Shown one piece after another: positions 19,643-28,885 of a stretch of DNA of 64,000 bases. The notes beneath the pieces are model-generated. The model worked only from the letters and a program-made list of their open reading frames with translations, did not search any database and was not told the origin of the DNA. The stretch lies in assembly GCA_963834385.1 (NCBI GenBank), contig CAWIBO010000003.1:224001-288000 (forward strand). Reading direction: 5' to 3'. Position 1 is the first letter of the stretch. Each line of letters opens with the position of its first letter. Made by a program: the position numbers and the translations under genes. Source of the stretch: an uncultured Verrucomicrobiae bacterium. Its GTDB lineage: Bacteria; Verrucomicrobiota; Verrucomicrobiia; Chthoniobacterales; UBA10450.

Positions 19643-20806
19643 ATGGCCTATCTCGACCAGTTTCTCCGGGTGATCGTCGAACAGGGCGGCTCCGATCTGC
19701 ATGTGGGCGAGGGCCAGCCGCCGAAGATGCGGCGTCACGGTGATGTCGCGCCCATCCGGGAGGAAACCGTCACGCGCGAGGAGGCGGTCAAGATGCTGCG
19801 CGAAATCTGCCCGGGCCGCGGCTGGGAAATTTTCGAGGAAAAAGGCGACCTTGATTTCGCCTACGAGATGGATGCGGAATCACGCTTTCGTTGCAATTAC
19901 CTCAAGCAGACAAATGGCTACGGTGCCGTTTTCCGTCTTATCCCGACCCGGATCGCCAGCCTGGAACAGCTCGGCATCCCGCCGGTGGTGCGCGAGTTCG
20001 GCCATTTGCGCGGCGGCCTGGTGCTCGTGACCGGCCCCACCGGTTCCGGCAAATCGACCACCCTGGCGGCGTTGATCGATTACATAAACGAGAATTTTTC
20101 CCGGCACATCGTGACCATCGAGGAACCGATCGAGTTCGTGCACCGGAACAAGAAGAGCATCGTGACCCAGCGCGAGGTGCCCTTGAATTCCATCTCCTTC
20201 CCGGCCGGGCTCAAGGCCGCCTTGCGCCAGGATGCCGACATTGTCCTCGTGGGCGAAATGCGCGATCTGGAAACAATTTCCCTCGCGCTGACCGCGGCCG
20301 AAACCGGGTTGCTCGTCTTTGGCACCCTGCACACCAACAACGCCCGCAAGACGGTGGATCGCATGGTCGACGTTTTCCCCGCCTCGCGGCAGGCACAGGC
20401 CAGGACCATGCTGGCCAACTCGCTCCGGGGCGTCCTCGCCCAGCTCCTTTTGAAGAAGGCGGACGGCTCGGGCCGGGTCGCGGTGAACGAGATCCTCATC
20501 GCCAACGCCGCCGTCTCCGCCATCATCCGAGAAGGCGCCACCCAGAAGCTTCAGGACGTCATCGTGGCCGGGAAAGGCCAGGGCATGCAGTTCATGGACG
20601 ATGCCATCTGGAGCCTGCTCCAGCAGGGGACCGTCTCCCCGCACGAGGCTTTCATGAAGGCGATTGACAAGAATCTCTTCAAGAAATTCCTCCCCCCGGA
20701 GGAGGAGGCGCTGGCCCATTCGGCCGGGGCCGCCCCCGACGACCAGCGCCGCGCCCCGGGCGATTTCGTGAAGGAACGGAAGGCCGCCGCCCGAGCCCCG
20801 CGTTGA
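19643..20806 (+). CDS. pilT: Type IV pilus retraction ATPase (PilT/PilU family), copy 2
   Basis: MAYLDQFL, GSDLH, GPTGSGKSTT, TIEEPIEF, ALRQDADIVLVGEMRD, FGTLHT, GMQFMD. Confidence 0.9.
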   Translation: MAYLDQFLRVIVEQGGSDLHVGEGQPPKMRRHGDVAPIREETVTREEAVKMLREICPGRGWEIFEEKGDLDFAYEMDAESRFRCNYLKQTNGYGAVFRLIPTRIASLEQLGIPPVVREFGHLRGGLVLVTGPTGSGKSTTLAALIDYINENFSRHIVTIEEPIEFVHRNKKSIVTQREVPLNSISFPAGLKAALRQDADIVLVGEMRDLETISLALTAAETGLLVFGTLHTNNARKTVDRMVDVFPASRQAQARTMLANSLRGVLAQLLLKKADGSGRVAVNEILIANAAVSAIIREGATQKLQDVIVAGKGQGMQFMDDAIWSLLQQGTVSPHEAFMKAIDKNLFKKFLPPEEEALAHSAGAAPDDQRRAPGDFVKERKAAARAPR

Positions 20807-20842
20807 CATAAAAATCGGCGCCTGCTAGGTTCGCGCCGATTT
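20803..20842 (+). promoter_or_regulatory. Sigma70-type promoter TTGACA-N17-TAGGTT for the HNH gene, with a 10-bp inverted repeat flanking the -10 box
   Basis: TTGACA 20803-20808, TAGGTT 20826-20831; AAATCGGCGC (20812-20821) and GCGCCGATTT (20833-20842). Confidence 0.55.
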
Positions 20843-20900
20843 ACGGAAGGGCGGTCTCGCATGGGCGCGAGTCCGCGCAACGCAAAAGGATCCGCAGACT

Positions 20901-21500
20901 GTGTTAAACACTCAGGTACTTGTGCTGAACCGCCTCTGGCAGGCCGTCAACGTCTGCTCGGCCCGCCGCGCTTTCGCCCTCGTTTACCAGGGGCACGCCC
21001 AGGTCGTCTCGTCTGATGCCGGCAGCTTTCTCACCCACGATTTCGACAGCTGGCGCGATTTCTCGGTGAGCGCGCCGGAGCATGAGATGGTTACCACCAT
21101 CTCGTGGAAGATCCGGATTCCCCGCGTCATCGTTCTGCTCCTCTTCGATCGCCTTCCGAAAAAGGAGGTGAAGTTCACGCGGCACAATGTCTTCGAGCGG
21201 GACAAGAACACCTGCCAGTACTGCGGCCGTCTCTTCGACCGGAGCGAATTAAATCTCGATCACGTTTTGCCGCGGGATAAGGGCGGGCTGACCACCTGGG
21301 AAAACGTGGTCTGCTCCTGTATTCCCTGCAATACCCGGAAGGGGAACCGGCTCCCGCACGACGCCCACATGGCGTTGATCCGGAAACCCAAGCGGCCCAA
21401 ATGGCGGCCTTTTGTCCATGTGACCTTCTCGAGCCAGCATCACGAGAGCTGGCGCCACTTTGTCGATCTCGCCTACTGGAACGTTGAGCTGAGCGACTAG
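20901..21500 (+). CDS. HNH endonuclease (McrA-like, zinc-binding)
   Basis: VLVLN N-terminus; RDKNTCQYCG...LNLDHVLPRDKGG..TWENVVCSCIPCNTRKG. Confidence 0.92.
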   Translation: MLNTQVLVLNRLWQAVNVCSARRAFALVYQGHAQVVSSDAGSFLTHDFDSWRDFSVSAPEHEMVTTISWKIRIPRVIVLLLFDRLPKKEVKFTRHNVFERDKNTCQYCGRLFDRSELNLDHVLPRDKGGLTTWENVVCSCIPCNTRKGNRLPHDAHMALIRKPKRPKWRPFVHVTFSSQHHESWRHFVDLAYWNVELSD

Positions 21501-21510
21501 GCGCGCCGGT

Positions 21511-22923
21511 TTACGGCAGCGCGTTCAGGATGGGCTGCGGGTAAACCCCGAGCCAGAGAATGCCGGCCATGAGCGCGATCATGGCCACGCGCGAAAGCGG
21601 GTTGATCGCGATCGGTTCCAGCGAGGCCGCCGGGTTCCAATACATCGCCCGGACCACCTTGAGATAATAATAGAAGCCGCAGGCAACGGTCACGATGCCG
21701 GCCACCACCAGCATGGTCTGTTTCTGGGCGATGGCCGCGTCAAAGATCATGAACTTGCCAAGAAAGCCGACCGTGAGAGGGACGCCGGCGAGCGAGACCA
21801 TCGCCAGGAGCATGGCGAAAGCGAGAAACGGCGAACGGCGCCCCAGGCCGTCGAAGTCCTCGATTTTTTCGCCCGTCTGCTGCGCCACCAAAATCAGGAC
21901 AGCGAAGCTGAGCAGGGTCATAAGAAGATAGCCCACCAGGTAAAAGGCGACCGCTCGCCCGGAAAGTGCGGCCACGCCGATAAGGAGGTAGCCGGCGTGC
22001 GCGATGCTGGAATAGGCCAGCAGCCGTTTCAGGTTCGTTTGCGGCAGGGCCGCCAGGTTGCCGTAGATCAGGGTGAGCAGGGCCAGGACGGCAATGATCT
22101 TCGTGACCTGCGGCAGCATCATGAACGGTTCAAGAACGCGAAGCAGGACAACGAATCCCGCGGCTTTCGAGCCCACGGAAAGATAGGCTGTCACCGGCGT
22201 CGGCGCGCCCTGGTAGACGTCGGGAATCCAGATGTGAAAGGGAACGGCGGCAATCTTGAAGCCGAAGCCGACCAGCACGAGCACGATGCCGAAAAGGGCC
22301 GCGGTGCGCTCGAGGTCCGGCCGGGCCAGGGCGTCCGCGATCCGGGCCAGGTTGGTCTCGCCGGTGGCGCCAAAAATCCAGGTGATGCCGTAGACCAGGA
22401 ACCCGGTCGAAAGCGCGCTCAGGATCAGGTATTTTACCCCGGCTTCGAGGGTGACGGGACGCCGCCGGGTGAACGCCACCAGGACATAAAAAGCCATCGT
22501 GACCAGCTCGAGCGAGACGAAGATCATGATGAAATCGACCGCCGAGGCCATCCACATGAGGCCGGCGCAGGCGAAGATCGGGAGCGCAAAAAATTCACCG
22601 AGAGCGCCGAACCGATCGGCACTCCGCCCCGGCAAGGCCGAGGTGGTCCCGAAATCCACCATCATGATGAGAACAAGGATGGTGGTGACCAGGGCGAACC
22701 GCTTGAAGAAGAGAGCCAGGCTGTCGGCAGCATAAAACCCGGCCATGGCGGTGGAGCCGGCGGCCTCCGGCGTCACGAAAAAACTGGCGAGGAGAACGCA
22801 GGCCAGGCCCAGCATGCCCGCGTAGGCCAGCCGCCGGCGATCGATCGTGCGCGCGAAGGATTCAATGAGGACCACGAGGAAGCCCAGGACGACGACCGCA
22901 ATTTCAAGGGTGGGCGCGTTCAT
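21511..22923 (-). CDS. nuoN: NADH-quinone oxidoreductase subunit N
   Basis: EAGVKYLIL, GFKIAAVPFHIWIPDVYQGAPTP, KRLLAYSSIAHAGY; last gene of the nuo operon. Confidence 0.95.
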   Translation of the reverse strand: MNAPTLEIAVVVLGFLVVLIESFARTIDRRRLAYAGMLGLACVLLASFFVTPEAAGSTAMAGFYAADSLALFFKRFALVTTILVLIMMVDFGTTSALPGRSADRFGALGEFFALPIFACAGLMWMASAVDFIMIFVSLELVTMAFYVLVAFTRRRPVTLEAGVKYLILSALSTGFLVYGITWIFGATGETNLARIADALARPDLERTAALFGIVLVLVGFGFKIAAVPFHIWIPDVYQGAPTPVTAYLSVGSKAAGFVVLLRVLEPFMMLPQVTKIIAVLALLTLIYGNLAALPQTNLKRLLAYSSIAHAGYLLIGVAALSGRAVAFYLVGYLLMTLLSFAVLILVAQQTGEKIEDFDGLGRRSPFLAFAMLLAMVSLAGVPLTVGFLGKFMIFDAAIAQKQTMLVVAGIVTVACGFYYYLKVVRAMYWNPAASLEPIAINPLSRVAMIALMAGILWLGVYPQPILNALP

Positions 22924-24395
22924 TTGGCGGGGAGCACCATCTTGAATCCCGGCGAAACCAGGGTCACCAGCGCCTGCGGGAAAAAGCCGATCCAGAGCAT
23001 GCTCGCGACGAGGATAAGGACCGGCATGCGCAGCCGGCCCCGAATATCAGTAAGACCTTCCCAGCTGCGAGTGGGCCGGCCCATGAAGGCGGAGCGGTAG
23101 GCGCGCAGCATGTAAACGGCCGAGATGACCACACCCCAGAGCGCCAGCACGGTCGCCACCTGCGGAAAACCAAAGCCCGCGAGGGAAAATCCGTTCTGGA
23201 AAGCGCCGAAAAAGATCATGACCTCAGCGGAAAAATTCGCGAAACCAGGCAGGCCAATCGAGGCGAAAGCGGCCAGCCCAAAGGCAAGGCCGGCAAAGGG
23301 CATCACCTTGCCCAGCCCGCCAAGGTCCGCGAAATCAAGCGTGCCGGTGCGGGCACGGACTTCGCCCGCGACCGCAAAGAGCAGCGCGATCGAGAGCCCG
23401 TGGGCAAAGATGAGCAGGGCCGCGCCGTTGGTCCCGATCAGGTTCGCGCTGGCCAGCCCGAGGAAAATGTAACCCATGTGCATGACGCTGGAATAGCCCA
23501 GCATCCGGTCGAGGCTTTTTTGCGCGAGCGTGACCAGCCCGACGTAGATGATGTTGCCGAGCAGAAGAAAGAGCAGCAGCCCCGTCCAGTATTCCGCGCC
23601 TTCCGGCAGCATCGGCAGCGCGATGCGGAGCAGGCCATAGAGCCCGAATTTTTTCAAAACGCCGGCGTGGAGCATGGCCGCGGGCGTCGGCGCGCAGGCA
23701 TACGCATCCGGCGCCCAGGTATGAAACGGGAAAAGGGAGACGAGGATGCCGAACCCAAGAAGAAGGACGAGGTAGATGTTGCGCTGCGCTTCCGGCGCGA
23801 TCCCTCCGTTAAGCGCGGCCTGTTGCAGTTCCCTCAGGTCAAAGGTCCGCAGGTCCACGGGCACGCTCTGGTAGAGCATGATCAGCCCGATCAGGAGGAT
23901 GAAGCTGCCCAGGGCAAGATAGATCGTGATCTTCCAGGCGGCGGCGGAGCGGCTGCCGGTGCCCCAGATGCCGATCAGGAGAAAGGTCGGGATCAAGGCC
24001 AGCTCGTGAAAAGCGTAGAAGAAGAGAAGATCGAGCGCGGTGAAGGCCCCAAGCGCGCCGGCCGCAATCAGGAGAAGACAGGCGTAATATCCCCGGCGCC
24101 CCTGCGCCACGTCCCCGGCAAACCAGATCGCGCAGAGCGTCACGATGGTCGTGAGCAGAACCATGATCATGCTCAGGCCGTCGACGCCGAAAGCGAAACG
24201 GAAGCCCCACTCCTCCACCAGCGTAAAAGAGGTGACGTGGTGGAACTGGTTTCCGCGCCCCAGGCCGGCGTAAAGGAGCAGCGCTCCGAAAAAGGAGGCG
24301 AAGGAGGCATACCAGGCCGTCCGCCGGGGAGGCGCGCCGGCGGCGATGAGCGCCACGGCCACGAGCGGAGCAAAAATAACGGCAAGAAGCAGCAT
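22920..24395 (-). CDS. nuoM: NADH-quinone oxidoreductase subunit M
   Basis: GVDGLS, FYAFHELALIP, FPFHTWAPDA, GYSSVMHMG, AHGLS, IGLPGFANF. Confidence 0.95.
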   Translation of the reverse strand: MLLLAVIFAPLVAVALIAAGAPPRRTAWYASFASFFGALLLYAGLGRGNQFHHVTSFTLVEEWGFRFAFGVDGLSMIMVLLTTIVTLCAIWFAGDVAQGRRGYYACLLLIAAGALGAFTALDLLFFYAFHELALIPTFLLIGIWGTGSRSAAAWKITIYLALGSFILLIGLIMLYQSVPVDLRTFDLRELQQAALNGGIAPEAQRNIYLVLLLGFGILVSLFPFHTWAPDAYACAPTPAAMLHAGVLKKFGLYGLLRIALPMLPEGAEYWTGLLLFLLLGNIIYVGLVTLAQKSLDRMLGYSSVMHMGYIFLGLASANLIGTNGAALLIFAHGLSIALLFAVAGEVRARTGTLDFADLGGLGKVMPFAGLAFGLAAFASIGLPGFANFSAEVMIFFGAFQNGFSLAGFGFPQVATVLALWGVVISAVYMLRAYRSAFMGRPTRSWEGLTDIRGRLRMPVLILVASMLWIGFFPQALVTLVSPGFKMVLPAK

Positions 24396-26194
24396 CAGGA
24401 AAAAACGGTGAAGTAGATCACGGCCACGATTCCCAGGCCGAAAAGAAAGGCGTAGGCCTGCAGGTTGCCGACCTGCATGAGGCGGAGGAGCGCGCCGAAG
24501 CCCCAGGTGACGCCGCTCAGGCCGCGCACCAGGCCCGCATCCAGGATCCAGCGGTCCAGAAAAGCGCTCAGGCGCGCCAGGATTCCCTGGGTGGAATCAA
24601 TCAGCCAGCGATAGAACTCATCGATGTAAAACCGGTTCCGCAGCACGCGCAGGTTGAGCGGTTCCGCCACCCGGTTCCGGTAAAGGACAAATCCTCCGAC
24701 CACGCCCAGGACCATGGCGATAAAGGCCAGCGACGGAACGAGGGCGCCGTGCGCCTCATCATGCGCTGGCGTGGGTAGGAAGCGATGCGCGAAAAATCCG
24801 AAGCCAGCGAGGGCCGCGGGGATCGCCAGGACCAGCAGCGGCCCCGTCATCACCGCCGGCGCCTCGCGTCCGCGCCGGGCCTCCTCCGTGCGAGGCGGGC
24901 CGAGGAACGCGACCACGACCAGGCGCATCATGTAGAAGGCGGTCAGGAAAGCGGTGAAAAGAGCGACGCCGAAGAGCACCGGGTTTTGCGCGTAGGCCAC
25001 GGCCAGGATCGCGTCCTTGCTGAAGAAGCCGCTGAAAGGCGGACAGCCGATCAGGGCGAGTGTCCCGACCATAAAAGTGCCAAAGGTGACCCGGAGCCGG
25101 CCGGCCAGCCCGCCCATTTTCCAGATGTTCTGCTCGTGGTGGAGGACCACGATGATGGCGCCGGCGCCGAGGAAGAGGAGAGCCTTGAAGAAAGCGTGGG
25201 TGAAAAGGTGGAACATCGCCGCCGTGCCGGAGGCGAGACCGACGGCCATGACCATGTAACCGAGCTGCGAAAGGGTGGAGTAGGCCAGGATGCGCTTGAT
25301 GTCGTTCTGCTGCATGGCCATGAGGGCGGCCAGGACCGCGGTGATGGCGCCAATCCAGGCAATGACGGCCAGGGCGGTGGCCGAGGTCTCAACGAGGAAA
25401 CCGACGCGGACCAGCATGTAGACACCGGCCGCCACCATGGTGGCGGCATGAATCAGGGCGGAAACGGGCGTCGGGCCTTCCATGGCATCGGGCAGCCAGA
25501 CGTGGAGGGGAAACTGGGCGGATTTTCCCATCGCGCCGCAAAAGATGAGGAGGACGGCCGCGGTGAGGAAGGCCGGGTGCGCGGTCAGGCCGCCCATGCG
25601 CGCGGCCACCTCGGCGAAGACGATGGAACCGGTCGCGCTCCAGACCATGAGAATGCCGATCATGAAACCAAAATCGCCGATGCGGTTGGTCAGGAAGGCC
25701 TTCTTGGCCGCTTCCGCCGCCGAGTCCCGCTCGAACCAGTGCCCGATGAGGAGATAGGAGCTGACGCCGACCAGCTCCCAGAAGATGAACATCATCACGA
25801 AATTGTTCGCGAGGACGATGCCCAGCATGGAAAACATGAAGAGCGAGAGGGAGGCGAAATAGCGCGAGACACCGGGATCGCCCCGCATGTAGCCGAGCGA
25901 ATAGACGTGGATCAGGGCCCCGACCCCGGTGACCAGGACGAGCATGGTTTTGCTGAGCTGGTCGAGGACGAAGCCAAACGGGATATGGAGGTGGGGACGC
26001 AGATCGATCCAGGTGATCTGCATGGTCCGGATCTCGGGCTGCGCAAAAACGAGGCAGGCGCAGAGAAAACTGCCCAGCACGGCCGCGACCGAGATGAGCG
26101 CGCTGACGCGCGGGGAGGGCCGGGTCAGGAGCAGGATGGTCACCGTGCTCATGAGCGGCAGGAGAAGAATGAACCAGGGAAGAGGGCTGCTCAT
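24395..26194 (-). CDS. nuoL: NADH-quinone oxidoreductase subunit L
   Basis: IHVYSLGYM, WELVGVSSYLLIG, NRIGD, GKSAQFPLHVWLPDAMEGPTPVSALIHAATMV, THAFFKALLFL. Confidence 0.97.
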   Translation of the reverse strand: MSSPLPWFILLLPLMSTVTILLLTRPSPRVSALISVAAVLGSFLCACLVFAQPEIRTMQITWIDLRPHLHIPFGFVLDQLSKTMLVLVTGVGALIHVYSLGYMRGDPGVSRYFASLSLFMFSMLGIVLANNFVMMFIFWELVGVSSYLLIGHWFERDSAAEAAKKAFLTNRIGDFGFMIGILMVWSATGSIVFAEVAARMGGLTAHPAFLTAAVLLIFCGAMGKSAQFPLHVWLPDAMEGPTPVSALIHAATMVAAGVYMLVRVGFLVETSATALAVIAWIGAITAVLAALMAMQQNDIKRILAYSTLSQLGYMVMAVGLASGTAAMFHLFTHAFFKALLFLGAGAIIVVLHHEQNIWKMGGLAGRLRVTFGTFMVGTLALIGCPPFSGFFSKDAILAVAYAQNPVLFGVALFTAFLTAFYMMRLVVVAFLGPPRTEEARRGREAPAVMTGPLLVLAIPAALAGFGFFAHRFLPTPAHDEAHGALVPSLAFIAMVLGVVGGFVLYRNRVAEPLNLRVLRNRFYIDEFYRWLIDSTQGILARLSAFLDRWILDAGLVRGLSGVTWGFGALLRLMQVGNLQAYAFLFGLGIVAVIYFTVFS

Positions 26195-26198
26195 GCGG

Positions 26199-26519
26199 CT
26201 AGAACTTCAGGCTGCTCATATCCTCCACATGCGTGGTCTGGCGGGCGCGGTAGAGGGCGACAATGATGGCGAGACCGACCGCGACCTCGGCCGCGGCGAC
26301 GGTGATGATGAAAAAGACAAAAACCTGGGCGTTGTAGTCCGGGAGCCCGGCGGCATCGAGGCGGAACCGGGAAAAGGCCACCAGGGAGAGGTTGGCCGCG
26401 TTGAGCATGAGCTCGAGCGACATGAAGATGATGATGATGTTCCGGCGAAGCATCACCCCGGCAAAACCGATGGTGAAGAGCAGGCCGCTCACGAGCAGGT
26501 AATCGCCGAGCGTGACCAT
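26199..26519 (-). CDS. nuoK: NADH-quinone oxidoreductase subunit K
   Basis: [32 protein letters not shown]. Confidence 0.96.
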   Translation of the reverse strand: MVTLGDYLLVSGLLFTIGFAGVMLRRNIIIIFMSLELMLNAANLSLVAFSRFRLDAAGLPDYNAQVFVFFIITVAAAEVAVGLAIIVALYRARQTTHVEDMSSLKF

Positions 26520-27022
26520 CAACGGAGTTCCTTCTTGCTGAGAACGACCACGCCGATGGTGGCGACAACCAGGAGAACGCCGATGACCTGGAAGGGGAGA
26601 TTGAAGTCATCAAAGAGCAAATGGCCCACTCCCCGGATGTCGTCCGGCCGCTCGGGCGGGAGCGCCGGCATCGGCTGCCCGGCCCCGCGCAGGCTGTGCG
26701 TGACCGCGTAGACCTGGAGGAAGAAAACGAAGGCGACGGCGGCGCCGCCCGCGGTGGCGACCCAGTTCAGGCGGCGGCGTTCCTCCGCCCGGAGGTCGAG
26801 CAGCATGATGATGAAGAGGAAGAGCACCATGACCGCGCCGGCGTAAACCAGGACCTGGATGATGCCGATGAAAAAGGCGTCGAGCGACATGAAGAGGGCG
26901 GCCAGGCCGAGAAAGGAAAGGACGAGGCTAAGGGCGCTCGCAACCGGGTTGCGGTTGATCACGACGGCGACGCCGAAGATCAGCATCATCAGGGCAAAGG
27001 TCCAGAAGAGGTAGGAAGGCAT
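26519..27022 (-). CDS. nuoJ: NADH-quinone oxidoreductase subunit J
   Basis: [40 protein letters not shown]. Confidence 0.95.
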   Translation of the reverse strand: MPSYLFWTFALMMLIFGVAVVINRNPVASALSLVLSFLGLAALFMSLDAFFIGIIQVLVYAGAVMVLFLFIIMLLDLRAEERRRLNWVATAGGAAVAFVFFLQVYAVTHSLRGAGQPMPALPPERPDDIRGVGHLLFDDFNLPFQVIGVLLVVATIGVVVLSKKELR

Positions 27023-27089
27023 GACTCGGATTTCAGGGGACGGAGTTCGGGGCCGCGGGCGTGCGCAGGTTGCCTCGAATCCTGCCCTC

Positions 27090-27620
27090 TCATTTCATTT
27101 TGTTCCATTTCAGGACGAGCCCGTGCATGACGCCGCCGATCTCGACCAGCTTCTCCTTGTCGTGCACCATGTCGCTGCGGGTCAGGCCGGTGATGGCGTA
27201 ATCCTTGCGCAGATAAATGGCCTGTTCCGGGCAGACTTCCTCGCACATCCCGCAGTAGATGCACCGGATCATGTCGATATCGAATTCCTCGGGATATTTC
27301 TCGACCTTGGCGAAACGGTCGCGCCCCGGGATCTCGCCCGGGACGATTTTGATCGCGCGCGGCGGGCAGATGAATTCGCAAAGCTGGCAGGCGACGCAGC
27401 GGAGCCGGTCGTCCGCGTCCGTCACCAGCGCCGGGGCCCCCCGGTAATGCTCCGGCATCTGCGCGTCCCACTTTTCCTCAGGGTATTGCATGGTCACGCT
27501 GGTCCGCCCGAGCAGCAGGTTCTTCAGGTGGCGAAAGGTGATCATCAGGCCGCCAACGATCGCCGGCAGGTACAGGCGTTCCGCGATGGTCAGGTTGGGT
27601 CGGGTGACGGTGATGGCCAT
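27090..27620 (-). CDS. nuoI: NADH-quinone oxidoreductase subunit I
   Basis: TMQYPEE; two [4Fe-4S] motifs, CVACQLCEFICP and CIYCGMCEEVCP. Confidence 0.96.
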   Translation of the reverse strand: MAITVTRPNLTIAERLYLPAIVGGLMITFRHLKNLLLGRTSVTMQYPEEKWDAQMPEHYRGAPALVTDADDRLRCVACQLCEFICPPRAIKIVPGEIPGRDRFAKVEKYPEEFDIDMIRCIYCGMCEEVCPEQAIYLRKDYAITGLTRSDMVHDKEKLVEIGGVMHGLVLKWNKMK

Positions 27621-27627
27621 GGGAGTT

Positions 27628-27758
27628 AAATGACGAATGACGAAGGACGAAGGACGAAGGAATGACGAAGCCCGAATGACGATCGACGCGGCGACTCCAT
27701 TCCTCTCCCGTCTCTCCTCATTTCGGTTCGGTCATTCGTCATTCGTCATTCGTCATTT
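27628..27758. repeat. Gene-less intergenic element: inverted arrays of the heptamer GAATGAC/GAAGGAC between nuoH and nuoI
   Basis: Left AAATGACGAATGACGAAGGACGAAGGAC (27628-27655) versus reverse complement of right (27731-27758) AAATGACGAATGACGAATGACGAATGAC: 26/28 identical. Further GAATGACGA copies at about 27660-27682. Confidence 0.85.
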
Positions 27759-27773
27759 CATCGCGGCGGTCAC

Positions 27774-28883
27774 TCAGCGCGGCAAGTAAGCAATGATGAC
27801 CGCCGCGATGAAAATATTCACCAGCGCGATCTCAAAGAAGAAAATCCAGCCGAGGCGCATGAGCTGGTCGTAGCGAAAGCGGGGCAGGGTCCAACGCACC
27901 CAGATAAAGACGAAAAGAAGCATGGCCACCTTGCCGAAAAAGACCGCGATGTTGAAGAGTCCGCCGAGCACGCCTTTCCAGCCCGGGGCGTCGCCGGTGA
28001 TGAGCAGCCACTCGAAACCGTTCCCGCCCCACCAGGGCACCGGCAGATGCCAGCCCCCGAGAAAGAGGGTCACGATGATGGCGGACCCGGTGATCATGGC
28101 GGCGTATTCGCCCAGGAAGAAGAGGGCGAACTTCATCGAGGAATATTCCGTGTGATAACCGCCCACGAGCTCGGTCTCGGCCTCCGGCAGGTCAAAGGGA
28201 AGCCGGTTGGTCTCGGCAAAAATGGCGATGGTGAAGACGACAAAGGAGATGAGCATCGGCCCGGCCAAAAGCCATTTCCACGGGTTGCTCAGGTCGCCGA
28301 GGAACGGCGCGATCATCCAGCCCTGCTCGATCTGGTAACGCACGATCTCCGTCAGGCGCAGTTCCCCCACCAGGAGAAAAATCGGGATGACGGCGAGCCC
28401 AAGCGAGAGCTCGTAGGAAATCATCTGCGAGGAGGCGCGAACCCCGCCCAGGAAGGAATACTTCGAGTTCGAGGCCCAGCCGGCGATCACGATCCCGTAA
28501 ACCCCGAGCGAGGCGATCGCGAAAACGTAAAGGACGCCCACGTTGACGTCGGCAATGACCATGGGCACGCCGAGGAGCGTGCTGCCGAACGGCACCACCG
28601 CCACCGTCATGATTGCCGGGACCATGGCCAGGCAGGGCGCCAGCCAGAAGTAGAACTTGTTTACGTGCGCCGGGGTGAAGTCCTCCTTCAGGAGAAACTT
28701 GGCCGCATCGGCGATCGGCTGGAAAAGGCCGGCCGGTCCGACGCGGTTCGGCCCAAGGCGGTCCTGGATCATCGCGCTGACCCGCCGCTCGGCGTAGACG
28801 CTGTAGGAGACCATCGGCAGGATGACGAGGAAGATCACGCCGACGATCTTCAGCAACGAGACCGTGATAAAATACCAGTCCAT
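27774..28883 (-). CDS. nuoH: NADH-quinone oxidoreductase subunit H
   Basis: [68 protein letters not shown]. Confidence 0.97.
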   Translation of the reverse strand: MDWYFITVSLLKIVGVIFLVILPMVSYSVYAERRVSAMIQDRLGPNRVGPAGLFQPIADAAKFLLKEDFTPAHVNKFYFWLAPCLAMVPAIMTVAVVPFGSTLLGVPMVIADVNVGVLYVFAIASLGVYGIVIAGWASNSKYSFLGGVRASSQMISYELSLGLAVIPIFLLVGELRLTEIVRYQIEQGWMIAPFLGDLSNPWKWLLAGPMLISFVVFTIAIFAETNRLPFDLPEAETELVGGYHTEYSSMKFALFFLGEYAAMITGSAIIVTLFLGGWHLPVPWWGGNGFEWLLITGDAPGWKGVLGGLFNIAVFFGKVAMLLFVFIWVRWTLPRFRYDQLMRLGWIFFFEIALVNIFIAAVIIAYLPR

Positions 28884-28885
28884 GG

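Noticed and set aside
18539..20806. 755-aa double-PilT protein in the ORF track
   Set aside because: The conserved C-terminus of the first PilT is in the +1 frame with its own stop at 19640, followed by an ATG at 19643. The fusion most likely results from one extra A.
20901..21500. Restriction-modification or Cas9/IscB-type system
   Set aside because: Only a short stand-alone HNH domain, with no RuvC segments, DNA methyltransferase or array nearby.
27628..27758. CRISPR array
   Set aside because: The units are contiguous 7-mers without unique spacers, arranged as inverted arms, and no cas genes are present.
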